Source: Phoronis australis (lineage: Eukaryota > Animalia > Phoronida). From it: a stretch of DNA of 64,000 bases. Below, in pieces: positions 12,601-22,900 of this stretch (within the stretch, counting starts at the first letter, position 1; the number at the start of each line of letters is the position of its first letter). The notes beneath the pieces are model-generated. The model was given only the letters and a program-made list of their open reading frames with translations. It was not told the origin of the DNA and made no database searches. The position numbers and the translations under genes were made by a program. The stretch is taken from contig NMRA01000007.1 of NCBI GenBank assembly GCA_002633005.1, positions 1,440,362 to 1,504,361 on the forward strand, given 5' to 3'.

Positions 12601-15600
12601 GTTGTTACGTGACTGAACACAGTCCCCATCCCATGAGGCACCTAGACCTTCCTTCCTAATGGTGAACATTGAATCCCGCTAACACACTGTTGACGTTGAT
12701 GCGTGGTAGATGAAGAATGCAAGGCAAACTGTCCGACTCCTTCGACAAGTGCTTGATCAGAGTATTGACACTCTTGTAGCTTTTCTTACTGTTATGTAAC
12801 TGCACGCCGTGGTCGTTCCTAATAATCAGGTAGTTAGCTACGCGCCCTTCAGTCTCTGAATCGTCATTTGGGACTTTGACGCTAAGCGAAAAGCTGCCAG
12901 GGAACCTTGAGCTGTCGCGAATGATGAACGCCCCAAAAGTTTCGTCTTCGAGCACCTCAATAGCCTCATCTTGGGACATCATGGGGAAATAGGATGGCAA
13001 GCCACATGGATCGATCACGTAGTCTTTGTCATGACGGAAAGGGTTACTGTGACTGTTGGACGTATTCCCCTCTTTGCCGCTACTCTCCATCTTGCGCTCC
13101 TGGTAAAGCTTCTTGAATTTCTCCAGGTGTACTTTCACCTGTTCTTCGACGATGCTACTTATTCTTTTTTGCTTCGACTGCTTGATGAACGCCTTGCGGA
13201 AGACACGCTCAAAAGCCTTCTGTAGATTCTCTGTTCTCTCTCGCGAGCCCATAGTGAACGCGTGACAGTACTGCCTTATTTCGTTCGCCTCGCGTGCTAT
13301 GTAACAGAACATAAGGTTCTCCGCGCTGCCAGAGGCATACGAGATACGATGAATTGCATGACTGTTGTATACCTTCTTACCCTCCGTATCGGCTATAACA
13401 ATGCCCTCTGTGGAGACAATGAGAATTACATGAAAAGTTCTCCTGTTTGATTTCTTAGCCTCTATCATTTTCTCCTTAGCCTCCTGTCTCAAGTCTTTGT
13501 CATCATGACCTTTCAAAGGGTATGACCCCAGATATTCGCTTGGGTACACGACAACCTCTTCATCCTTCTTACGAATCTCCAACACCAGGGGGAGCTCTTC
13601 ATACAATGGTTCTCTTTTACTTTCGCTGACGGCAGCAGCTCCGGACTTCTGCAACTCTCGTTCTTCGTATTTTTCTCGTTTTTTCAACAGGATCCTCTTG
13701 TCCCGTGTAGCTAAGTGTTCACGTGCCTTGTTGAGATACATTGTTTCCTACTTATTACTTAGCGCAATAGATTGTGGTAACCGGGGTATCAAAGCAGCTG
13801 CCGAATACTAATTACCTATTTCCTGTCCTAGTTTTTCACAGTGATCTACAAAACATTTTTTATTAACAGTGATAAAAAGTACTAATACAGAAACAGAACA
13901 AAAAGAGCGCAATCGTTTTATTAACAATGCTAACTTGTACTACCAGAATCTACAGGGCGCTTGAATCAAGGTGGCACGGGTTCAAAAACAATTTTTTTTA
14001 GTAGTGAAAAGTAGACATTCACTTTTAAGGAACTAAACATCCCAAATGTCCATGGGAGGACCCATAGCACAAGACAAATCATTCAGACAAAATAACGCAG
14101 CATCCCCATCATGAAATCTAGGAGTAGCCTTCCCTCATGACAAGATAGTTAGTAAGGTGGCCTAGTCATTCTATAATTAAAATTTAGCCTAATAGTCATT
14201 ACCTGTCATATAAGCTTTAAAAGAATTAGCTGGGGTTGAGGTATTTTGTACGATTACTTGTCTTGTATTGTACAATCAAATGTGGCCATTTAAAAGGGGG
14301 AATTACTAGGGTTGGGCGTGAACTGTGACAAGTACAGGAATGAAACAAAACACTCAGAGATTGTAGACTTCAAACCAAGGCAATGCTTCCTCCCTCATAA
14401 TAATCCTCCCTAATAATAAATGGATATATTCCCACACATGGCGATACAGACCCATAGAGATCATGTGTGATTTGGACTGCAAGGTATGTGGATTAAAATT
14501 CATGGTGGCACACTGCATTGCATTATCATGTGGTAAACTGACCCACATACAGTACAAGACAAAAGCAATCAGACAAAATACCTTTCCCTTTGACAACTTC
14601 CAATTCCGTTAACATCAAAAAGACTGGTAATAACTATTAGGGCAGCATAATTCTAACAACAGAATGGCTTAACCACCTGATTAACTAACCTATTGATTCA
14701 CCTTCATTCTCTGTCATGAGAGAAAACTATGAGTTTGGATTCTGCCCATTTGTCATGACAAGAAATTCCAGGTCATGTTGTCTGAATAGTTTGTATTTCT
14801 ACTACATGGGCAAATTAATTAAAAGCAGTATTTTACTGCAATGAACTCAGATATATCTAAGAGCCCACATGCAGAGGTTTAATTAATTTTTAAATACTGG
14901 TAGTAAAGATGTCCTAATTGTAATAAGTTGTGGCAGATGCCATAGTCAAGTTTCTTATGTTACCTTAACGAGAATAGACACACTGCATTTCATGGTTTTT
15001 GTGCCCCGAACATAGAATTTTAAAATCCACACCATAATGCAATTGCCAAAGTTGAAAATCAAAAATTATCCAAATACTTCAGAATGGGCCAGAGAAGTGG
15101 TAGAATCAACGACAACTACATAATGCCCCCACAGACAAAAATCAAATCCTACAGGCTTTAAAATTTCAGAAAATGTACACTTTTACCCGGATAAAATCTA
15201 TAGCTTTATAGATATTTGGCTTAATACAGACTAGTTGATAAGGCCCCACATAACCCACAGCCTGTTTGGTATTTCCCGGTCAGAACCCGAATTACTAGCC
15301 ATACCTTGAACATTTTTAAGTGGCTCAAGGATGTTATCTGAATGTATTTACCTAGTTCTCCATAGAACAGAGGTTGCATGGAATTCCACTATAATCTAAC
15401 AACATATTCATAAGGTATATCCATACGATACTGACACCAGATGTCAGTAATAAATCTCTTGGTAATTTTATCTGCAATAAGGGGATATAGTCGCTATAAA
15501 GCTATAAATGTGTTTGATTTAGAACACTTGTCTTATCCTCAAATAACTGGGCTGATTGCCCATGAGGTTAGACACCCACAAGAAAAGCTAGAAGTGTGAT

Positions 15601-18600
15601 TACACGGTACATGCTGCGCTTCTAATGCTAGGCAATAACTCTTGAAGACTTGTGGGGAGACAGTGGAGGGGGGGAGGTGGGGGATCCAGCCTTATGACGA
15701 GTTTGTCGCGCCTGTGAAACCCTGGCTGTTTCTTGATGAGTTGGTCTATTAACTGTTGTCTACAAATCAGTCTATGGATCCACAAGCCTGTTCCATGAAA
15801 ACAGGCTAAAAGGCTTATAAGTTGGAAAAATCTGTCTACAATATGAAGCCAAAAGACAGAAATACGTAATCAGCTTGATTACAGACCAAAAGCCAAAGTC
15901 ACAAGACAAAAAACAACTTTTGTCAACAGACACTGCGAAACAGGTCACAACATGTTTTTGAGTCAGACTAGAGAACATTTCCCAGCTTAAGAAGAACCAG
16001 AGATTCTTAATTGCTTGACAACTGGAGGTCAATATATTGGCTTGTCAAGGCAGATTATTTTATGCCTCTAAAGCACTAATGAACTGTTAGACATCACTCC
16101 CCATCTGAGCAAAGAACAGGACCAGACCAGTTATACTGAAGCGTGTTCAAGAGAGTAAGCGCCCGCTAGCGTGTACTCGCGAACACAAGGAACAGCTCCT
16201 GAACAGCTGTGAGCACTAACTGTGCGATCCAGTATGGCGACTCTGAAGCAGATTGTGTTGAACGTCTTAGCCGATGAGCTTAACACTAACAGTCCTTCCT
16301 ATGGCGTACTGAGCGATGACTATGATTAATCTTTGCCAATATTAATACCGGAAGCCCAAGACAACAACCATGAAGGCTTTGGAACGACAAGAATCTAAAA
16401 TTACGTCGAGGAAACAGCGACCCGCAATTTAAGTCGCACTTTCGGATGAGTCAGTCAACTTTTGAGGTTAGTTATCGTGTTGCAGAACCATAATGGGTTC
16501 ATATGTTGCAGACGTGAAGCCTTCACGGAAGGACACCATCTTGGAAATCTAAGCGAACATGCTCTCGAGGTTGTTTGCGAGCGCTAACAAAACACAGCTG
16601 TTCAGGACAAGGGTGCTGAAATCGCTAGCGGGCGCTCACTCTATTGAACACGCTTCAGAGCAAGTGGTCAAATGGCTCATTTGGAATAATGCCCACACTC
16701 CTTAGTAAGAACACTTAAATGCCCTTTTAAAAGAAAGTTAAAATTACATTTAGTTTTGCAGTAAATGGGCCGTTTTAACAGTGGAGCATCAACGCATAGA
16801 GAATGGTAATGTTAATCTCTGGTACCATCGAAGCAATCAACTAATGTCGCTGTCACCAAAACCACACTCAATGCTTAAAATTTCTAAATATGTTGTTCTA
16901 ATATTCCCAATTCTACTTCTATTTATAAGCATTTCATCTTGGGTACTATCCAATTATATACTTGGGTCTTGACATATAAAAACTTGAAGACATTAAAAAC
17001 TCTTAAGTTCAAAACGAACTCACTTTCCTAACTTTTCACTAAGACCACTTTTCATTTAGACCACTAACAGCTATGAAAATTTTTCTCAACTTGTTCCTTA
17101 CATATTAGAAGAAATTTCTGGATTTGTACGGAACTGACAGTTTGTTTTTCCTCGAGACTAACCTTGGCATACAAGCTAGTTTGTAGAGCCTAGTCTCAAC
17201 AACTTTTAAAAATGCTGCCAGTTCTTTCAAAGTCGCTGAAATTACCAATGGACAATTTGAGACCAGTTTCATATTACATGCTCTGTGGTCTGAAGCAAAG
17301 GTTGTTTTTTTGTGATGGAAGGCGGGTTCATTGGTGCTTTAAAATTGCAGTGGTACCTTGCCATAACTTTATTGATGTCCATCACTTGTCAAAGTTGGTT
17401 TAGTATACAAAGTTCTATTTTAAAACACAACACTTCTAAAAATGCAAGACTGTAGTCAACTTACAGTCAGTCAGGTAAAACATGACTCTGTTCTTATTTC
17501 AATTGCCCTTGGGGTTTCTGTTTCAAATGTTACCACTTTAATTACACTAAGTCTGCTGGGCATAACTTTTTGAAAAAGGCACAGTTTTTATCATCAGGTG
17601 CGCCTAAAGGACACAGGTTCAGACCTAGTCAGGAATATCCCTGAAAAAGCCTTCATCAATTGTTCGCTTTTTTAGACCGAAGGGGAAGGCTTTATAGTAA
17701 TGCCAAGTATTATAAAACTCCAGATACCAATATACTCAGAAAGATGAGCGCTTGATTACCTTGTAGCCAATTTTGACCCTCATTCGAATATCATATTTTT
17801 TTCAACGCTTACTACAACTACCAGATGACCTACCTATATGTACAGTGTTCACTGATTTTTTTTTTGACAATTGACAATATCTTGTCTTATACCTGATAAT
17901 TAGCAAAACAAACAGTTCAGTGAAGTAGGATAATGGAAGACAGATACTGCCAGCAACAAAATGAATTCATACGATAGTCTGAATTATTCACACACGAGGT
18001 AGGTTGTATTCAATCAAGTGAGAGTCAACTGTCATCTGGAAATTGCCATACAACAATTTGCAAAGGCATGAGTAATGAACAGGGGTTTTCTTGTAGTATT
18101 GACTATTGAGGAAGACGGCCACACAAAAATTTGGTAGACATACATGTTCTCTAAAAGGGAAAAGCCAAAAAATTTTTTACTTAAATACTAATTTGCCATT
18201 GATCGGGTCGGGTGACCATGTCACTTTAGAAAATTTAACAAAAACGTATGTTTATACCAGCATAACAATGGCTTCAATAACATGACCAAATTTTGTTTGA
18301 TAATACTGTGTTACCACTTTTCTAAATAATCATCACATTTTCGTTTAACGAAACTTCCGATTTTTTCACAAAAACCATAAAAAAACTATTTTGATAGCCC
18401 TTCTTACAAAGTGAGTGACGTACTGAAGTGCAAAATTTGGGCATTTTCTAGGATTCTGCATAACTTTACTATACTTATATTTTATTTTTACCAAGGGTTT
18501 GCCAATGGACATACATTGGGGTTAGTTTAAATCCCTCCAGTTGAATGTTAAATGTAATGTGACAATGACACGCAGATCCCTAGGACTCGCAGCATACAGG

Positions 18601-18666
18601 CCTGCTCGAGTTAACTAAAATTTATTAACTTACGTGTCCACCTCTGGCAGCAAAACCTTTTGACAT
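419..18666 (-). CDS. PK: Pyruvate kinase, 5' portion (gene continues past the left edge); coding exons 18666-18634, 9220-9055, 2571-2480, 1213-1094, 605-419, plus alternative exon 8206-8111
   Basis: Spliced translation [11 protein letters not shown]|AHHRR...[39 protein letters not shown]|[30 protein letters not shown]|YHGQTIQN...[18 protein letters not shown]|[11 protein letters not shown]...[10 protein letters not shown]. Contains PK hallmarks [34 protein letters not shown]. All junctions are GT-AG and phase-compatible. Confidence 0.97.
602..669. repeat. Exact 32-bp tandem duplication spanning a PK splice acceptor
   Basis: caccctgcaatatacaaagctgggttaataaa twice, followed by cacc. Confidence 0.95.
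1094..1213 (-). CDS. PK: Pyruvate kinase exon, 120 nt
   Basis: tatttag|[40 protein letters not shown]|gtaggc. Confidence 0.96.
2480..2571 (-). CDS. PK: Pyruvate kinase exon, 92 nt
   Basis: tttcag|(G)[30 protein letters not shown]|gtaact. Confidence 0.96.
4715..5224. mobile_element. Tc1/Mariner-type MITE
   Basis: TIR ccgtattcgccgtaataacc / ggttattacggcgaatacgg, flanked by TA on both sides. Confidence 0.88.
5535..5678. mobile_element. Short Harbinger-like MITE
   Basis: Imperfect TIR ctgggcccagttgcattaaag / ctttatgcaactcagcccag. Confidence 0.55.
5884..5929 (+). mobile_element. 3' end of Helentron-type (HINE/pearl-like) element next to an N
   Basis: Identical to 33162-33207 (gagatgacggcataatgcgtccacatataaatatgtgggcgcataa). 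Confidence 0.85.
8111..8206 (-). CDS. PK: Pyruvate kinase duplicated/alternative N-domain exon (2b), 96 nt
   Basis: Perfect TACTAAC branch point (8258-8252), then gttcag|AT TCT AGT GCC... [32 protein letters not shown]|gtaaga. Homologous to the 3' part of exon 9220-9055 with an open frame. Confidence 0.8.
8487..8681. mobile_element. Kolobok-like MITE
   Basis: ttaa|agctgca...tgcagca|ttaa with about 60-bp imperfect TIRs. Confidence 0.65.
9055..9220 (-). CDS. PK: Pyruvate kinase N-domain exon (2a), 166 nt
   Basis: ttccag|[56 protein letters not shown]|gtatgt. Matches the vertebrate PKM pattern QQLHAAMADTFLEHMCRLDIDS. Confidence 0.93.
10593..11009. mobile_element. Harbinger-like MITE
   Basis: TIR agtcccgtccacacacag / ctgtgtatggacggcact, with internal inverted blocks. 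Confidence 0.65.
11051..11706. mobile_element. PIF/Harbinger-like non-autonomous element
   Basis: taa|aggctcgttcacacga ... tcgcatgaacaggcct|taa (12/16 TIR match, TAA TSD). Confidence 0.65.
12656..13741 (-). CDS. Intronless PTB + SH2 domain adaptor protein (SH2D5-like), 361 aa, nested in a PK intron
   Basis: Longest ORF in the window. PTB/PID domain EYLGSYPL...[12 protein letters not shown]...[10 protein letters not shown]...FCYIARE...YCHAF...ERVFRKAF. C-terminal tensin-like SH2 with intact FIIRDS (FLVRES) arginine, SFSLSVKV and LPCILHLP. In-frame TAG just upstream of the ATG; AATAAA at 12240-12235. Confidence 0.9.
   Translation of the reverse strand: MYLNKAREHLATRDKRILLKKREKYEERELQKSGAAAVSESKREPLYEELPLVLEIRKKDEEVVVYPSEYLGSYPLKGHDDKDLRQEAKEKMIEAKKSNRRTFHVILIVSTEGIVIADTEGKKVYNSHAIHRISYASGSAENLMFCYIAREANEIRQYCHAFTMGSRERTENLQKAFERVFRKAFIKQSKQKRISSIVEEQVKVHLEKFKKLYQERKMESSGKEGNTSNSHSNPFRHDKDYVIDPCGLPSYFPMMSQDEAIEVLEDETFGAFIIRDSSRFPGSFSLSVKVPNDDSETEGRVANYLIIRNDHGVQLHNSKKSYKSVNTLIKHLSKESDSLPCILHLPRINVNSVLAGFNVHH
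16136..16658. mobile_element. MITE with 36-bp TIRs
   Basis: ctgaagcgtgttcaagagagtaagcgcccgctagcg vs the reverse complement of cgctagcgggcgctcactctattgaacacgcttcag (2 mismatches). Confidence 0.88.
18634..18666 (-). CDS. PK: Pyruvate kinase start micro-exon, 33 nt ([11 protein letters not shown])
   Basis: ttcttcatttcag|ATG TCA AAA GGT TTT GCT GCC AGA GGT GGA CAC|gtaagt. Phase-0 end fits exon 2a, and the MSK start matches vertebrate PKM. Confidence 0.75.
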
Positions 18667-19868
18667 CTGAAATGAAGAAATCACAGAATGAGCCATGACC
18701 AAGCATACAATATTACAGGCGCAAGGTTAATTCTTTGCTGTCTAATGTGCCATCCACAGTACAAATGACCCTGGAACATATCATAAGGTTCACTTGGGAA
18801 CAAGTTATCGCTAGGTGTAGTAGTGTGGACGCTATTTGATCCGGGACATTTGACACGTGTGCAACGACGGCGATAGTCTGATATAACATGTCCGAATTTT
18901 TAGAACCAGTTTTCTCTACTAAACAACAAGCACCAAACTGGTTCTCAAAATACAAGCACGTTATATCAGACTACTGCCTGCAAGTGATTTGTTCAAGGGT
19001 AACTAGTCCCGGCACAAGTTGCAGTGTGGTGACAATCCCATCAACAAGATGTAATTACTAGCTGCACACTTGTACAGATACATGCAGTTTTGTGCTTTAA
19101 TGTTTTCATTTTACTCATCACTTTATCAAGTAAATAATCCTCTACTAGTATTCTGGAACAACCGATGGAGAGAAATCCAGATATGTAATAGCAAAAATGG
19201 AAATGGTGAACAACGATTTTTAGAAAAACACGAAAGTGCAGAGTTATAATTTCTACAGTGCCATCAGATGTGGGTACGGCTGATCGGGGCAAGATACTCC
19301 AGGGTAAGTTGTTTGTAGCGTGGACATGACTTACCAGACCAGAGAGAAGGATACAAGGTGGCAATGAGCCAAAACTTGTTGACTGAATTGAGTTTTTTTT
19401 TCAAATCAATCATGTGGCCCAGTTCCCTTTAGAAGGCATTTAAACGGTACACATAGACTTAGGTGGACAACCTCACAGGAGACGCAATATTTCAAAATTA
19501 AGAAAATAAAACTTTTAATAAAGCTTGTTTAAACATCAATTGTAAGAAGATAAGAAAGTATCCTGATGTTACATGAGCCACTCATTTTTCAGCTGCAAAA
19601 AACCCTAATATACCTCAAAGGTAACACATGAAAATCTTAACCGTAGGTGTACATCTTGATATCTTTTTAGGTTTTCATAATTTGGTCTAATCTCAACTGA
19701 TGAATACAGAGTTAATTTAAGAGCAAACTGGAAGATTATTTTCTTTCCTCTAGACAAAGCACTGACTTATGTATCGAAAAATACATGAAACTATGATAGA
19801 CTTTTATTTAAACAACTCCGTGATAAAACTAAGACTGAGTTTGTGTATTTTATCCCACAAACAGGCAC

Positions 19869-19926
19869 ACACTAAAGAGAATCAGTTATCAATAATGACA
19901 CTAAAGAGAATCAGTTATCAATAATG
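19869..19926. repeat. 29-bp exact tandem duplication
   Basis: acactaaagagaatcagttatcaataatg twice. Confidence 0.9.
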
Positions 19927-22900
19927 GGGTACACCAATATCAAACACTCTTCAACCAATCTCAAGCTCATCCTTCTCCACAGAGCTGATAAAATACTAGC
20001 ATTTGATAGCAATAAAACACCTCCACATTTCATGCACCGTAAACTCTCAAAAACTCAGCACATTATATTATTCAAAATAAAATGGTTGTGATTTCACATC
20101 AGCATAAATTTTACACGAACCACTATACATCGATAGATACACCTTGATGTGAAACTCACTCAACAAATTCTGGACTGATGCCGTGGGGCACTCCCACAGA
20201 ACAAGTACAGCATACAGGGTGAAGCACTTAGAAAGGCGACTTCTTGACAAAATTTCCCACAAAAGGGTCGATGTTACTAATAAAATTCCCAGCAAAAAAG
20301 ATCACGACAAAATTCCCAACAAAAGAAGTCACTGCTATTCATGATACCTTTTCCATCTACACAAATTTACAGAAGGGTAGGTTTTAAAAACTGACCTTCT
20401 GGACCAATATACTCTCCGAAAACGTGACTTCTTCAACAACCTCCCTACAAATGCATCCCTTTTTCAAGCCCTATCTCTACATGGACGGGTATTCTCATTT
20501 TGCCAGTATCTGATGTTCAGCAATTCAGGAACAGTTAATTGTTTTTAAACCATGTCTATCTAAAGTCACTTTCCCATTAAAAGCGAAACTTGGTTTTTAC
20601 CGGAGTTTTGGTAAATGGGAAAGGTTAACTCTTGATAGATAATCTGCAAGCAAAACTTCGCTTAAAATAGTGTGAAAGGTACCCAAGTTTCGATGAGGCT
20701 TAAAACTAAAGTTCCCCTAATGGGAAAATGCTTTAAGGCTTAACAGGTGCAGAATCAGTAATCAGTGTCAGTCAGTGGTTAGACACAGCCTTGGGAGAGA
20801 TATCTAAAATTCACAAATAATACTGTAGTCAGTCTACATTGAAATTAAAATCAAGCCAACACTATGCAAAAATGCAGAGGATATAATCAGAGATGGGGGA
20901 GGGAAATGTGCTAGTACTACAGATCCTAAAACAAACAAGTACATGTGTACAAGGCTGATGAACAGCAATGAATAAGTACACATATGACATGCACATTGAC
21001 ACTGAAGTCCCCCACAGAAAAAATAAACCCACATCTACTACTAAGCTTAGTATAAAATCAATTTCTCATCACACAAATCAAATTCAGGCTATGTCTTGTT
21101 GAAAGTCTATTGATCATGAACTTATTTTGGTCTGCAACAGTAAAGCCAATTTAAGGACTAAGCTTTCTCCACGTGACACCCAGAAATTGCAGCAACATTT
21201 TCACAAAAAAAAACATTGGATAGCATGCTTTAAAGAGAAAACTTATAAATACTTTTTTGACTTGCACACAAGTCCCAAGTGTTGATACAATGCAATCTAC
21301 CGGTATATTATTATTATTATATTCTTTTTTTGCCCCGTCAATCAGGTACAGATATACACTAACTGCTGGATACTCTCACAGTCTCGCAAATTCTCTGTAG
21401 TGATTGCCAGTGAATGACTGGTTCTCAGATCATAGGCTGGTGAGTTGTCCAATACACTATACCAAATGCTACCGCACAGGGTAACCGATGATTTCAGATT
21501 TCACAGTGCCAAATTAGAGCTAGTGAGAACGACAATTATCTACTTAATTCACACATAAAAAATTATTTTGGGGAAAATTGACAAAATAGAATTTCACTCG
21601 TCAGCCATATTATGCATTTAATTAGTAAAACAACTGCCATAGTTCGACACAAAAAAGTACAAGCCTAAGCATTCAGACAAAATTACGCGGAATTCTCAAA
21701 CAGCTCAGCAGAACCCTAATTCATCATCAGAACAGAGAATGAAGGGGAACTGACAGAAAAGTTAGTGAGGTAGCTGAGCCATGCTGCAATTAGAACTTAA
21801 CCCCATAATAGAATATTTCCCATTGTTTTGCACTGTATATCAAATCCAACAGCAGAGGGTATTATATGATTTCATTGTTTACTTAGTAGCCAAATACCAA
21901 AAGGATGAAGCAGGATATCCAGACATAGGATGCAGCAAATGAGGAAAATGTTTGTTTAATCCCTAGAAACACAACCCAAACACCATTTTTCATTATTTGA
22001 TGAAAAGAAATTTCTCTAAGTCTGTTGTTTTGTAATCAAATTTTAAATAGAAATTTGCACACACGTGTCTGGCGAATAGCTCGAACCCTAATGGTTTTTG
22101 GTTGAAATCAGACACAAGATGGCATTGTGGCAGCCATTTTTTAACTTTTTGATTTGAGGAGCCATAGCCCTCTCTCCCTGGGATTTTTCGAAACTTTAAT
22201 GAGTGAATAGATAGCATTAGTTAATGCCACCCATTTTTCACTATAATTTAGTATTCTCAACTTATTCAATGTGCCATATCTCAGGCGTCCCTTGACAGAT
22301 TATCTGAAATTTGATATCCGGATAGATCTTGTCAAGCGCTATTCGCAATATGAAGCCCGGTTCTTGCACCGACTAACCATTCTCACGATATTCAAGATTT
22401 GCAGATGACTGTTACGTAATTATTGACATATTCCTTGCTGCACGTTTTAGTCTACCTTATTCATGCTACAGGTAAAATATTTTGTCTGATCGACATGAAA
22501 TTTACTTAAGTAAACAGTATTTATCTCGCCAATACCTCATTATTTTGTATTTTTCCATTTTTAGGAGAAATATGGGAAATTGTGTAGGAAGCTCAAAAAA
22601 CAAGCATCCAGGCATTAATTACATGGTATTGTAATATCATTATGTACGCCAAAATAGCGGGACATTCTTATAATGTGCATCACGTTAAAAAAGCAGGACG
22701 TTCCGATGCTGTAGCTTCAAAAAGCGGACAGTGCAGCCAAAATTGCCACTTGGTAACTACCATATGTGTTTATTGATATTGTGGAACAGAAAAGTGATTG
22801 CTGTAACTATTAGCTGAAATATTTACTGATCACGGCGCATTGTTGGGTGTTGCAGCACATAAGACAACAAGGAGTTCCAAAACATGTTCTTTGATCTAGA

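Noticed and set aside
12971-13450. Plus-strand ORFs opposite the PTB-SH2 gene
   Set aside because: Antisense shadows of the real coding frame.
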